Assembly (NCBI GenBank): GCA_047967505.1
Contig: CM106538.1
Direction: 5' to 3' (one strand)
Source of the DNA: Dipteris shenzhenensis
Taxonomy: Eukaryota
DNA: 64,000 nt
The notes under the pieces are model-generated. The model worked only from the letters and a program-made list of their open reading frames with translations, searched no databases and was not told the origin of the DNA. Position 1 is the stretch's first letter, and each line of letters starts with the position of its first letter. This document shows, piece after piece, positions 12,186 to 24,990 of the stretch. The position numbers and the translations under genes are program-made.

Positions 12186-14159
12186 CTAATCACTCAGAGG
12201 GCAGTGGAACTAAACCTTTAATCACTTTAGCACTTATTTACAACTCACAAAGCATATATCACAACCATTAACCATTGCATGATCACCATTTGGCATTTAC
12301 CCATTTGTTCACAAACAAAACCGTTGAAAAAGGGATGGAGGCTAGAATGCCCCTGCTCAACAAGCATAGACAAGTGCACCCGATTGGCCCCAAACACCGT
12401 GGCGCCCCTTTCGGTATTTCTTTATATTTCACAGTGAAATGATTACAAGTTGCATCGGGGAGACCTTCCCTGCAACTGAGCACACAGTCCCAATTCACTG
12501 AGCCTTCGTAAGGCTTTTAAGCATAGAACACCATCACATAAGTGCACTTAACCCATAGGCTCAATCCAAAGGCATTCTCTTTTTCTGAGTGCAATTCCAT
12601 TGGCTGTCCAGATGCAATCACACTGCACCCAGCTGCACTCTCTTTGAGTGGTTTCCTGATGGCATTCACAAAGCTCTTCAAAGCTCCAAAATAAATCAGC
12701 AAAGTACCCAACCAAAGAATGACTCATGTAGCACTGCCTGGGCACCTGTGAACCTAGAAAGAGGCGGCACACGAGGCCAACCAATAACTTATGGCAAAAA
12801 GAAATTGCAGCAGCAAAATCACAACTCACCAAGCCCTGAAAACTCGAACCAAGTCCTCAATCGCCAAGAGGACATAGTAGCCAATGCCCAATTGCATTCC
12901 CAGCCAAAGAGGAGTGCAAAGGCATGAAGAAAGAGCATTCACAAGAGCCGACTAGCAAGAATTCCACTGAAAAATGCGAAAAGAAGCACTTCTGTCGCGA
13001 AGAAGTAGGAGTTCTTGGGCTCAAAAGAAGCGTGCTTCAGAGAGGAATGCATTGAGAAGGTTTTGGAGAAGTTTCATCGCCGAAAAGTCCTCCAAAACTG
13101 AGAAAAACCAGTCAACCAGCACGTGGGACAACTCAAAATTCAACAGAAAGTTATCGCTTTGCAAGAAGAGAGGCCCAAGAGGCTGTAGAAACAAAAAGGT
13201 TTAGAAAAAGCCACTTTTGCAAATTCGACCAGCAAAAGAAGTGCTCAACTCTGCCCGTTCTACCAAACGCATGGAGGGAAAAGCATATCATTGCGAAGGG
13301 GAGGCAGAGGGGAAGCCATTAGGCGAAACGGAAGTCGAGGAATCCAAACGGGTAAGGAGTTATGAATAAAAACGGAATTCAGCTGATGGAGGCTGAAAAA
13401 CCAGTCCAAAATCTCAACAAAGGGAGAAGATGAGAGAGAAAACCACACATGTGAAGTTTAGAAGGCCCAGGAAGGTCCAAGAATGGCAAAGGAGCATGTA
13501 GAAGGCACTAGAGTCACCTGGAACTCTAGGGGGGCCACTGAAGGTACATGGCCCTCTAGGGGGCCCATTAAAAATGCCACGTCATCATTTTTCAACAACC
13601 ACTCTTTTAATTCCTTGGAATGCCTTTGGGCCTAGGGATTAATTACGCTTATGTGCTAGGCACCATGCTGCGTTTAATTACACATTATTAAGCCCACGCT
13701 TGGACTTTTAAAACCAAAGTTGTCATAGTCTTGTAGTACATTAAAGTACTTAGAATTTCACGTCCCCGTGACATACCCCTCTCTTGAATTAGCAAACCAC
13801 AGTTTGTTGTCCTAAAACACAAGAGCGAGCATGAAATATACCATGAAAGAGTATACAAGAAAGCCGCAGCTATAGTATACAAAGACAGTGAAAATATGGC
13901 TAGGAGAGGCATGCATCCATCCATATACATTGCTTAAAATCTATGTGATTCTTGGCGATCAATAGTGAAGATGCATCAATATCATGAAGTCTCACAGTAG
14001 AAATACTGTCAGCTTAGTATCTCGGATGAAACATACTGTGTCATCAAGCGACCTCATGAAATCACGGTGAGCCCGTCTGTACTGAGGGAGTGGAGGTGCT
14101 GCCCCCCTCTCGAATACCAGGTGATGCTCCATACACTCGCTCTGCTGAACTACTTGTAG

Positions 14160-16110
14160 GAGCCTAGACCGCAGTCGGCTCTAACTGGAAAGCATCAAGG
14201 TAAAGCTGCAATATCCCAGGTGAATCTGCCAGTTCACCTTCCTCCATCCATTTCGCATCAAGTGATGGGTAATTTTGAAATTTTACCAAGTAGTGATGGA
14301 TAACTTTACCCTTGCGCTTTCTATCTCTGTGTGCCAAAATCTGCTCTGAGACTAGAAGTTTATCCTATTCTTCCACTTCAGGCTGTACCTCATCAGGTAA
14401 ATCCTCAGGAACATCTCCATGATATTGCTTTAACAAGCTCACATGAAAGGCATTATGTATCTTCCAATGCGGAGGCAACTTCAGCCTGTAAGCTACCTCG
14501 TTTATCTTTTCAGAAACCTAGAAAGGACCATAGTAACGCATGTTTAGGTTTGTGTACAACCTTTCCTTGCCTTTCTTATTTTTCAGCCTTGCCTTCTGAA
14601 AACGCAGCAAAACCCGATCACCTTTTGTGAATACCAATTCCGTGCGGTGCTTATCTGCTGCTCTTTTCTGCTTGTCCTGACTTCTTTGCAAGGCATATTT
14701 GATCTTCTTATAAGCCTCTTCAAGGTTTTCCACAAAACAATCTGCTTCGAAGATTTTCTCTTTTGTATGCAAAATGGGAGGTGTCTTCCTAGCACCTTCC
14801 ACTATTTCAAAAGGTGCTTTACCTGTGGATGTGTGCACCATATTATTGTAAGCATATTCCAGCAAAGGCAAATAATACTCCCATTTGCTTTTGTGGTCTG
14901 AGACTTAGCATTTAAACATATCCAGGATGGTAGAGTTTTCCTGCTCCGATTCCATCAGACTAAGGGTGAAAAGATGACGAAAAATTCAGCATAGTGCCCA
15001 TATTTTCAAACAGCCCTCTCCAAAAGAGTCTGGTCATCCTCGGATCTCTATCACTAATTACGGATTTAGGCATCCCATGATACTTGAAGACATGCTGCAG
15101 AAACAATTTGGCCATTTGATCTGCTGTAATTTTCTTTCTTACTGGCACAAAGTGGGCTTGTTTGCTAAACCTACAAATTATTGTCCACAATCCATCATGT
15201 CCAGTAGGAGTACGTGGAAGATCAAACACAAGATCCATAGCTATGCTTTGCCATGGTCTATCTGGAATTGGTAAAGGGTGTAACAACCCAGGTGCCTTCT
15301 TCTTGTCAAACTTTACGTTCTGACAAACCATGCATGTTCTCACATATTCTTCCACATCTTTCCTCAAAGATGGCCAATCAAAGTATTGCTCCATTGCTGT
15401 AATTGTTGCTGTAATTCCCCGATGTCCTACATATGGAGGAGCATGACTTTCCATTATGACTTTCTGGCGCATCTGATCAGTGACACAAAGTTGTCCATGC
15501 ATCAAAATGAAACCCTCTTTCAACATATAGTGATCATGCCTTGACCATCAGAAAGTTGATCATAAATAGTTGAAAAATCAGCATCATTAACATACTGATC
15601 TTTCATCACATCTAACACATTGTTGTAAGCAATGCTCACCTGCTGAAACGCTGGGTTTCTTGGAGATTGCTTCAGGCTGTGGTTTCCTGGAAAGTGCATC
15701 AGTTACGACATTTTTGTTACCCAACACATGTACAATTTGAAAATGAAACATGGAGAGGAAGTTAGCCCATCTCATGTGCTTTTCAGATAATTTTCTTTGC
15801 GTGAGAAAATATCTAAGTGACTGATGATCTGTCTGCACATAAAAATCAGCTACAAGAAGGTAATGTTTCCATGTGGTCAAAGCATGTATCACTGCTAACA
15901 TTTCCTTCTCGTATGTTTGCAAGTACAATTCAGCATCTTTGAGAACTCTACTCTCATATGCAACCACTCTGCCATCGTGCATCAAAGTGCCTCCTATGCT
16001 GTTCCCACATGCATCACAAGTTATAGCAAAGAGTTTTGCAAGATCTGGCAAGATAATAATGAGTTCAGAACACAACTTTTGCTTCAGCTCTTCAAAAGCT
16101 GCATTTTCCT
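14160..16110 (-). mobile_element. Chromovirus-type Gypsy pol fragment (RNase H, integrase, chromodomain)
   Basis: CDACGNSIGG, YEKEMLAVIHAL, TDHQSL; GHRG/CMVCQ, IAMDLV, ISDRDPR; YYGPF; YLVKFQNYPSLDAKW (chromodomain). Confidence 0.92.
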
Positions 16111-16212
16111 TTGTTCCTCCAGAGCTTGACCATGGCTATGCATTCTACCCGTGACGTGTGGATCTGTAAATATCCTAGTGCCTGAATGGAGTCATCCTTG
16201 GTCAAGTGAAGG

Positions 16213-16855
16213 CATGGTTGTTAAGACACTCGTGTCTTATCGTAAGACACTTAAGACACTTAAGACACATGTCTTACCTTAAGACTTTAGACACTCTTGT
16301 TTTTTTTTTCTTTTTCGGTGGGTGGGGGGTAACAACAACATTGAGTTTGACTTAGCCATGCTATCATCGATGGTGACTTTGGATCTAGCAGTGGCAGTGA
16401 CCTCGTAGATTCGGATTAGGATGAATCTTCAGAGATTTGAGTCTTGAGAGTCGAAAGTTTCCTTTCAATTATATGTATCGAGATGCAGATTTCATTCATA
16501 TCACATGTGACAAGATTCAATTGTCCATTTAAACCTTTAAGTACTCAATACTTGCGAGCTCTTGAGTCGCGAGTCTTAACTTTAAGTTTTAAGTCTTGAG
16601 TAACGAGTCTTGACTCTTAACTACATTGTACAAGTGCCTTCTTGCATTGTTTAAGTGTAGCTTATTGTACTTCTAGAATCTAGCAGCGAGCTATGCTAGC
16701 AAGTTGTACATTTGTATACTTATACATATATTAATTAAATATTTATTATTATAATCACAATGCCGTGTCTTACGTGTCTTAGCTTTGAGACACTTTAGAC
16801 ACTCGTGTCTGAAGCGTGTCTAATGTGTCGTGTCTTAACGTGTCTTACAACCATG
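16213..16855. mobile_element. Non-autonomous hAT-type MITE
   Basis: Perfect 8-bp TSD AGTGAAGG (16205-16212/16856-16863). TIRs CATGGTTGTTAAGACAC / GTGTCTTACAACCATG. Subterminal AGACAC/GTGTCT repeats. Confidence 0.92.
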
Positions 16856-17675
16856 AGTGAAGGTAATGCTTTCTACATGCAGTTGTCTTGGGTTTTCCTG
16901 TCATAGCTGCGTGCCACAATTGTGGCCATCTCTGATGGAGTGCATTCTCCCTTTTTGCACCTCTGAGTCTCTTGGAAAAGGGTAGTGTTGGCAGACTTCC
17001 CACCCGTTGTTTCTCTCGTTGTTACAGTATATGTTTGAAGATGTGTATGGTACGGTGAGGGGAATGCCTCACCACTGACGTGTCAAGCATAATATGGAGG
17101 CATCCAAGAGCTACTCAAAAGGCATGCCATGATGGTCACGTCAGTTTTCGATGCATCCACTTATTGTTGAGATTGGAGTTGTCCTTCATTTTAAGCTTGG
17201 AGTTGTCTGGGACTATAAAATTTGAGAAATCTAGTACTTAGCTTGATGGGTACATCCTCCTCAACCTTTTACTTATATTGACTATTGATACTCCATCACT
17301 TGCAAATAAAAGGCATATCAATTGATCTTTGTATGGACCACCTGGCCTGTGCACTGGGCGATATGATTACTCAATGAATGGTGAGCCATGACCTTCTCTC
17401 TCCCAAACCACTTTATTTGATATGCCAAGTAGAGTTTTCCTCTCGTGCAAGATTGTCATTGGTTGCGTTACACATCCGTTCTCCCTTGGAATACAACCGA
17501 CCAAGTTCCAAAGAACAGTGCCATTTGCACTCCTTACAATGCTTGTAACTACTGAAGTCAGTGGATTTTCTTAAGGAATGAATTAGCTTTCGTAACTAAA
17601 ACCACATAATCAATTGTAGTCATGTCCTCCCAAAGGCTGTCTGTGGAATAATATAATACTCAACCTTTTTTGCAG

Positions 17676-17810
17676 GTAATGGCAATAAGTGAGAGTGGAA
17701 GGTTACGACAGTCACTTCTCAAAGAGGGGGTTCCTGTTAAAAGACTTATTGTCAATCAAATTCTGCCACCTGCTTCCACAGACTGCAAATTTTGCAACAT
17801 GAAACGCAAG
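17676..17810 (+). CDS. GET3B: GET3b/c ATPase exon (CxxC motif)
   Basis: AG/GT-bounded, 135 nt: VMAISESGRLRQSLLKEGVPVKRLIVNQILPPASTDCKFCNMKRK. Confidence 0.93.
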
Positions 17811-17991
17811 GTTCCTCTTTTTCTTCCTTTATACTTGCAGTCTACAAGTCGTTCTTTTTTTAAAAAACACCATTATGACACATAGAGACTTAATATTTTC
17901 TCTTGTATTTGTCACATAAGTTTTGTTCGTTTACAAATGTGGTAATATGGTACGTTGGATATTTACTAATATCAGAATGTCTTGAATCCAG

Positions 17992-18129
17992 GACCAACAA
18001 AGAGCCATAGAAATAATAAGGAGTGATTTGGATCTAAGGGACCTTCAGCTGATTGAGTCACCCCTCTTTGATCTAGAGATCCGTGGCGTACCTGCTTTGA
18101 AGTTTATGGGTGACCTTGTTTGGCGATGA
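17992..18129 (+). CDS. GET3B: GET3b/c ATPase terminal exon
   Basis: AG acceptor; DQQRAIEIIRSDLDLRDLQLIESPLFDLEIRGVPALKFMGDLVWR, then TGA. Confidence 0.93.
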   Translation, partial: DQQRAIEIIRSDLDLRDLQLIESPLFDLEIRGVPALKFMGDLVWR

Positions 18130-20352
18130 CCTCATTTTATCTCAAAGCAACAGTGAGGCAGTTGATTCTAGATATCCCTTTCACATTTTCATAATCAATT
18201 TGAGTAAAAATGTTTAGCAGAAGAAAAATGGGGTGTAACAGGCATGGATTCACTTTCACAAAACTATGCATCAATTGAAGGGTTATCGAGGAGAGCAAAT
18301 TGTTCTTATACGCAAAGACCATGTTTCTCTCTCTGTTAGGCACTGGGGACCAATAAATAACAGAGAGACTTGTAGGGTTGTGCGGAAGTAAGGGAGCAGA
18401 AATGTGAGTGCAAGGGAGCAAGAGCTGAAGCTGTACCAAAGTTTATTGCAGCAGAATTTACAACGGAAGTGAAGAGACAAGCCTATGAAGACTAGCCCTA
18501 ACCCCTAGACTGGTCAACTCATGTTACAACTTATTTTTAAAAGAGCTGACTTGGTTAAAATGAACTAATAGGACTAGAAGTAACTAATTCTAGCCTACAA
18601 GGCCATATGAGTGACTAAACCTCACAAACCCCCCCTCCATGGTATGGGTAAAGTAATTTGGGAACCTCTCAGAGATACCTAGCAACTATGGAAGTATAGG
18701 CAGAAGCATGTAATGATAGTGGTGGGAGATGTCTGTCCAACATCAAGATTTGCAAAATGTTTCCCTAGCCAGATATATTCCACCCTGGCTGTAAAAGCTG
18801 CTCTGTACGTAGATTCACAGAGGGAAGTAGCAACTGTAGGCTACGTTTTGCTGAATCAAGTGATGCATGAAGCTCCAAGCATAAAACAGTTGTCAGTATG
18901 TGACACTCCTGTCATAGCATCCAGCCGAGTCACTGTAAGAGTAATTGAAGAATTGTGGCGTTAGAGAAGACCCAAACCCCTTTTAGGAAATGGAAGAATG
19001 CATCACAGCCTGCCAAGCTGTGTACTAGAAAGCTGCTCAACTGGGAAACAACATAATGAAAATATGGCTATGTGTGATAGATATATCAGGCATCATCCAA
19101 CCTGTTGATAGAGAGTAGAGCATCAAAGGGCTCAATAACATCATCCTTAGAGAAACAGAAACCAGACGCCTCGGTGTAGAAATGGGTTTATTTATCTCAA
19201 AATCCATCCAGTCTTTGCTAAAGGCATCTTCGTGGCATAGTGGCTCTTTGTTGCATGCAATAGCAATCAATGCAACCTCCACCAAGCGTCCTTGCATGTG
19301 ACGAGAGGATGCCCTCACGCAGCCAGACAGGCTAAGCTTGTTTGTTGTCCCTCATTATGTCTAATAGCCACTAGGGACTGTTTTCTGTTTGTCTCATGAC
19401 AGCCCTCTCTTCGATCACTGCTTGATCTGTGGTAGCTTGATCAATGTGAGGCAATTCATGCTAAAAATGAGAGCACTACTTCTGGTTGATGCAGACTTAA
19501 ACAAGGGCAGCAATGTATCACATACATGAGAAGTAACAATAGTTGGCTGGTTTTGACAGTCCAACAGTGGCATGATAGAGGTTTCAACAAAGAAGACATC
19601 TCAGCCAATGATAATCGTGCCAGTACTTAGCTAGTACAGCCTGTAGACTTTGCTTTTTGAGCTGTAACAAATAAAGATGCATTTAGCTGGCTTGTCCTCA
19701 AGCTTATGCTGTAACTGAGTGGAACATGTGCAAGGCATCCAAACACTCTCATGTATTAGATTACTGCGGGCTACATCGTGTCCAATCCTCATAGGGTGTG
19801 TGAGTCTTCATTGCCTTGGTGGGTGACCTGTACAAGACATAATTGGCACACATAATGGCATACAACCAGAATCATAGTTGGTTCCGTACCCGTACGGTTT
19901 TCCATACTGTAGAGATTTCGTATGTCCGCACATGTGTGATACAAAAAAACGTGCGTGTCTTTTTTTTTTTGGGGGGGGGGGGAACGGATGAGAGACCTTA
20001 GGAAATAGAACTATGTGCATTTTTGTACAGCGTCACTTAGAAATCTTGACTGACCTTGGAACTCCTAGTTGTCTTGACTCACCATTTGAGGACAGTCACT
20101 TGCCCTTCCAACAGCTGTGCAACGTACAGCAATACAACCATGCAGCCGTACATCTCTGTACATTCCCCTTTTACAAGTTGTCGTACCATATGTAGACTGG
20201 CGTACCACAGGCTACAACCTTCAATCTTGAGGCTTGGAGTGCTCTCACTTGTGTGACCTTGGTCCTCTTTTCTAAGCGTTGCATTCGAAGGAGGTTGGAC
20301 TCTCCCGTGTCCCTCTCTCTCTTGAATTCTTCTCAGAATTGCTGAATTTTAG

Positions 20353-20354
<2 letters not shown>

Positions 20355-20392
<38 letters not shown>
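20355..20392. repeat. (TC)n microsatellite
   Basis: Direct observation. Confidence 0.95.
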
Positions 20393-20394
<2 letters not shown>

Positions 20395-20396
<2 letters not shown>

Positions 20397-22000
20397 TGTC
20401 ATGGCACTTTACGAGAGGGTCTCAGGTAGAGTTCGGATAGGGTCTGGATGGAAACATGAGATCATGAGAGTACTATTGGAGTCAAACAAGGGTGTCTTTT
20501 ATCACCAACTCTGTTTGCCCTATACATTGATGAGCTTGAGACATCCATGCAAATACTGGGGGAGGGAATGGATGTTCTTTTGCTGGCACTCTGATTCAGG
20601 TCTTGTTATACACAAATGATGTGGCTCTCTTATCTTCCTCAGTAGAGGGTTTGATGCACTACAATTTGTGATTTTCATGATTTGAAGGTCAACCTTAGTA
20701 TCATGATCTTCAACACATCATGAGCTGCCATGCATCGGGAGCAGTTCACTTTCGACGGGTTGTCGGATGAGGTTGTTTTGTCATATACATATCTAGGGGT
20801 TCTCTTCTCTTGACCTATCTTTACTATGACTCTAGCAATGCAGGCCCAGTTACGCCTCCTTAGCCATAATAGAGAGGCAGTGCTTTCACTCACATTTTCA
20901 GGACTCGCAGACCAAGGGCTTGCTTTTTGACTCCTTGGTCCACTTAACGGGTATGCATTGCAGCCCTAGTTGGGGGCCGGATATGTGGAGTGGGCTTGAG
21001 TGGAGTAGCCTATAAGTTCTCATGCTATCACAGATGATTCGTAGTAAGCTGTCAGTTCCTTACCGGATCATTCTGTGGCTGAGTTTGGGTCATCTCCACT
21101 ACAGCTTCATGCAGCATTTTAGGTTATCATCTACCTATATTGGGTTAGGGGGTACGGAGATTGAGTGTTGGACGCAGCAGATTACGGTGGCTAGCATTGT
21201 CCTCCTCTATGGCACTATTGGCCGCAAGTTATTAGAGATGCTGTTTTGAGCGATTGGGACTCTACATGGATAGACTCCTCCCCTTTTAGTATAGCATTGA
21301 CGTGTCTTTTCCCCCGCTCGTCTCATTAGGTCAATCAGGTCATGTGAGGATTTTTTATAGCTACACACATTCAAGACCTGGTTGGGACCGAGCGAGTTTT
21401 CAGTGAAGCTTAGCTTCTATAGGGATGATTGTTTACATATCATAGTAGAGGGTTTTATTGACCCACTAGAATATACGCAGATTCACCTACCCCTCACTGA
21501 GGATCTCTATTGAACAGTTTCGGGTCTCTTTACATAGACTTCGCATTGAGAGTAAGGAGAGGCGCATATGCACATTTTTTGACATCCAGGAGATAGTCGG
21601 AGGAGCATTTCATTTTTTAGATGCGGAGTATACTATGAGATTTGAGGTCAGTTCTATTGCCTTTTTAGAGATAGTTTTGGGATATTGTCACTTTCTGTTC
21701 TTATTTTCATCCTAGAGATTCTTAGCCGTCTTCATTCACGAGATAGTCAGACACCGCGAGCATCTACTCTGATCAGGGAGACAGGAGCAGATCTCCTTGA
21801 TAAACTCTTCTCAGAGCTTGATCATTGAGTTCTTCCAGCCAGACCATACGGACTCCTACACCACGAGGCTCTGCCATGATCGTGACACAGAGCTAGCGAC
21901 ACGACAACTTAGACAACTTAGAGAAAGGGTTGATGCATAATTATGCTTGGGCATATTTCTTCTCTGTTTAAAGTTGAGGCTCCACTGACATGCGTCACTG
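20395..22000 (+). mobile_element. Degenerate LINE ORF2 (RT plus C-terminal domain)
   Basis: STIGVKQGCLLSPTLFALYIDEL, YTYLG. 21376-21700 is homologous to the LINE at 11491-11855. Confidence 0.82.
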
Positions 22001-24157
22001 TAGCCCTTATCAGATGCAGAGCTACGACTAAGAGACGACATAGAACCATGTCCGCGTGCAACCGCTAGTACTCTATCTTTGACTTTATGCCCTCACTACC
22101 TCATCTTGATCGACGCTTTGATTATGAGGATATTAGCGTTGTGTAGGCGATCATTCTGACATGACTATGTAGCACTCAACACTTATCATTCTGACATGAT
22201 TATGTAGCACTCAACACTTATCATTTGCATTCTGCATTAGAGTAGATGCTCATTTAGTAGCTCACCCATGGCTTGTTTGTATTAGGATTTTTCACTGCTT
22301 CATAGATCCATCGGTCTTTCGAAGACTTAACTTTCTTTCTTTCTCGTAGATGGAAAGGAAGAAAGGACCCGAATGGAAATTTGTGGAGGTACTGAAGGCT
22401 TTGGGAAAGGGACAGTTCACTTATAAATGCAAGTATTGCCCTCACAAATGGGATGGACGACCTACCTGCATAAGAAAAGATGCCTATATTACTCTTCGAC
22501 TCTTTTTCTTTGTAGAGGACATTCCTCATTGGAAGACGAGGAATTCATCTTTTAAAAATGGTTTGTGCAATTGGCCAAGTTGGGCCTAGCTTGAAAACCT
22601 TGTGCTGTTTGGAGCTAAATAATGAGGTAGTATGCATAGACTAAGAGTTGCTGCAGTTTCAAGAGAAATGGAAAAAGTATGGATGCAGCATAGTATGTGA
22701 TGGCTAGTTTGACACTCCGTGTAGCCCTATTATCAATATCATGGTCTCATGCATTTTTGGCTCAACCTTCTTGAAGTTTGTGGGTACTAGTGGCCAGTAC
22801 AAATTAGAAAATGCATCTAATTATGTGCGAGCAAGAGAATTGGTAGAGGAGTGGCCCCATATTTTTTATACTAGATGCACATGTCATTGCCTTGACCTCT
22901 TGTTTGAGGACATTGGGCAGCTTGCTTGGGTGAAGCCAATGTTAGTACATGCCAACATGATTGTGATGCTTTTTACTCGGAAGCACAGTGTTAGCATTAT
23001 ATAGAACTTTTAGTAAAAAGGAATTCGTGAAACTTGCACAAGATCGGTTTTGCTTATATGTTTATTGTGTTAGCAAACTTGTTGAATGGCATAGTCTACA
23101 ATGGATTGTGAGTATTATAGGAAGAAAGTATCACACACTGTGAAAGCACAACATGTGTCTTTCATTGATTTGAGTGACTCATTCTGGCAGGAAGCAAGAG
23201 TCAGTGTGTGGTATGTGTATCTATTTTGAAGATCCTTCGTTTGGATGATAGGAAAGGGGCTACCATGGGACTTGTATATGAGCTCATTGATTGAATGGTA
23301 GAGAAGATATAGACTATGGATGGAATAGACTCCTTAAATTTGGTTGATGTCACAACTAGTGCGTTATGATGCACTCTTCTTTGCATGTAGTAGTTTTGAT
23401 TCTCCATCCTATTGGGAGGGAAAAATCCAGATGGTGATAAGGAGGTGCATGATGGGTGGAATGAATTCATAGAGTTGTACACGAAGTATGATGTCGAGAG
23501 GCAAGGCATCTTAATTGATGAGTTAGATATTTACAAGTCCATGCTAGGCACATTTGCTTGGCAATTGCGAAATATAATAAACGAATACACCAAGGGGTGA
23601 AGTGGTGGGAGACATTTAGGGCTCACACTCCAAATTTGTAGCAGTCGGCTATTCGAGTACTCTCGGAGGAACATGTGCTTCTCCTTGTGAGGGGAACTAG
23701 AGCACATTCTCCTCTTATACATAACAAAAGAAGGAATATGCTGCTTCCAAAGAATACAAAAAAATTAGTATCCATTCCTACCAATTTGCAACTCATCTTT
23801 AAAATCAAGGAAAGGGGATTTGAGAAGGTAGAAGTGACCTTGGACATGATGAACAAGGAGAAGGATGATGAGAGGTTACTTGCTTTGCAAGAGACTACAG
23901 AGAGAGGAGGAGATTGCAGCTCCTCTTGTTACAAGAAGGATGGATGTTGTTGTAGCTTCAAGCTGCTCCAGTATTTTAGAGTCCCATGGCGAGGTAGAAG
24001 AGAATGATAGTGATGAGGATGATGATGAGGAGGAGGATGGCATTGATGTTGATGATGATGAGGATGAGGCAGATGGGGATGCAGCTTAAGGCTTGAGCCT
24101 CATCAACTGTGATGAGGAAAATACTATGACTAGATTTGTTTTTTAAATTTTTTGGCA

Positions 24158-24990
24158 AAGAAAGGAACTTTCTATTATTGCTTGAAAAACTTCATACAAA
24201 ACAGTAGCCTCGAAGATGCTGAGTATGGAAAAAACTCAGGATACAGACTGAAAGAAGAAAACCTAGCCTGTTCAAGAGAAACCCAGTTCACTTCCTAGGG
24301 AATCTCTAGTACATGGGCTAACATGCATGTGGGGAGACTATACAACCAACGAATCCCTCGCGGAGTGCATGTGTATAAAACTCCTGCAGGCCAAGCCTTG
24401 CAAAAATGTGTGCACCTCGCGATAGTCACCCTAGAGCTCGGGGCTCCACGCTCCTAGGTGGAGCGCAGGGTGTAGATGATATCCTACTAGATGGCTACCA
24501 AGGTAGCCGAGGGTGGAACCGGATGCTCACCCATCATAGACTATAGCAAGCAACCCAAATGTTCCACGCCGTGATACTACAGTGACCTTATATTGATTTC
24601 CATAGGATTGTCAACAGATATATGAAGTTAGATTCTAATGATAGCATTTCTAGGCCCTTGGGTTGGCTTCTTCGAGGGCCTTCAAGCGAGGGTTCTCACT
24701 TCGAGCGTCTAACTGTGGATTCACATGTAGGGGTTTCTCATTCGCGAGAGCTACTACCTCCCACATGTTATCCTCTGGAGGGGAATGAGGATCTGGAATA
24801 TCAAGAGGGATTGTTTCATGGAGCTCTATCCTATGAATGCTTTGACCCTATATCACGTAAGCTGGAGAGACCTCATTACTATGGAATGCATGACCTCCCT
24901 CAGTCAACCAGGCCACCATCCCCCAGGTGTATTCCCTTTGAAAGCTCTGCATGTGGGTCATAATCCTAAGGGCTCCCATTTAGATCCTTA
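24158..24990 (-). mobile_element. Degenerate LINE 3' fragment
   Basis: Same AAAGAAAGGAA tail signature as 10894, with decayed similarity to the C-terminal region. Confidence 0.5.

Larger units (their letters stand above)
19873..24089 (+). mobile_element. Degenerate hAT transposon (BED finger, DUF659-type core, dimerisation region), interrupted by a LINE
   Basis: WKFV...CKYC (BED); GCSIVCDG, NASNYV, IFYTRCTCHCLDLLFEDIG; acidic tail ending 24089. Putative left end CATAGTTG with CCGTAC repeats at 19873. Confidence 0.8.

Noticed and set aside
7766-18129. Bacterial arsA arsenite-resistance gene
   Set aside because: Spliceosomal introns and plant GET3b/c-type sequence.
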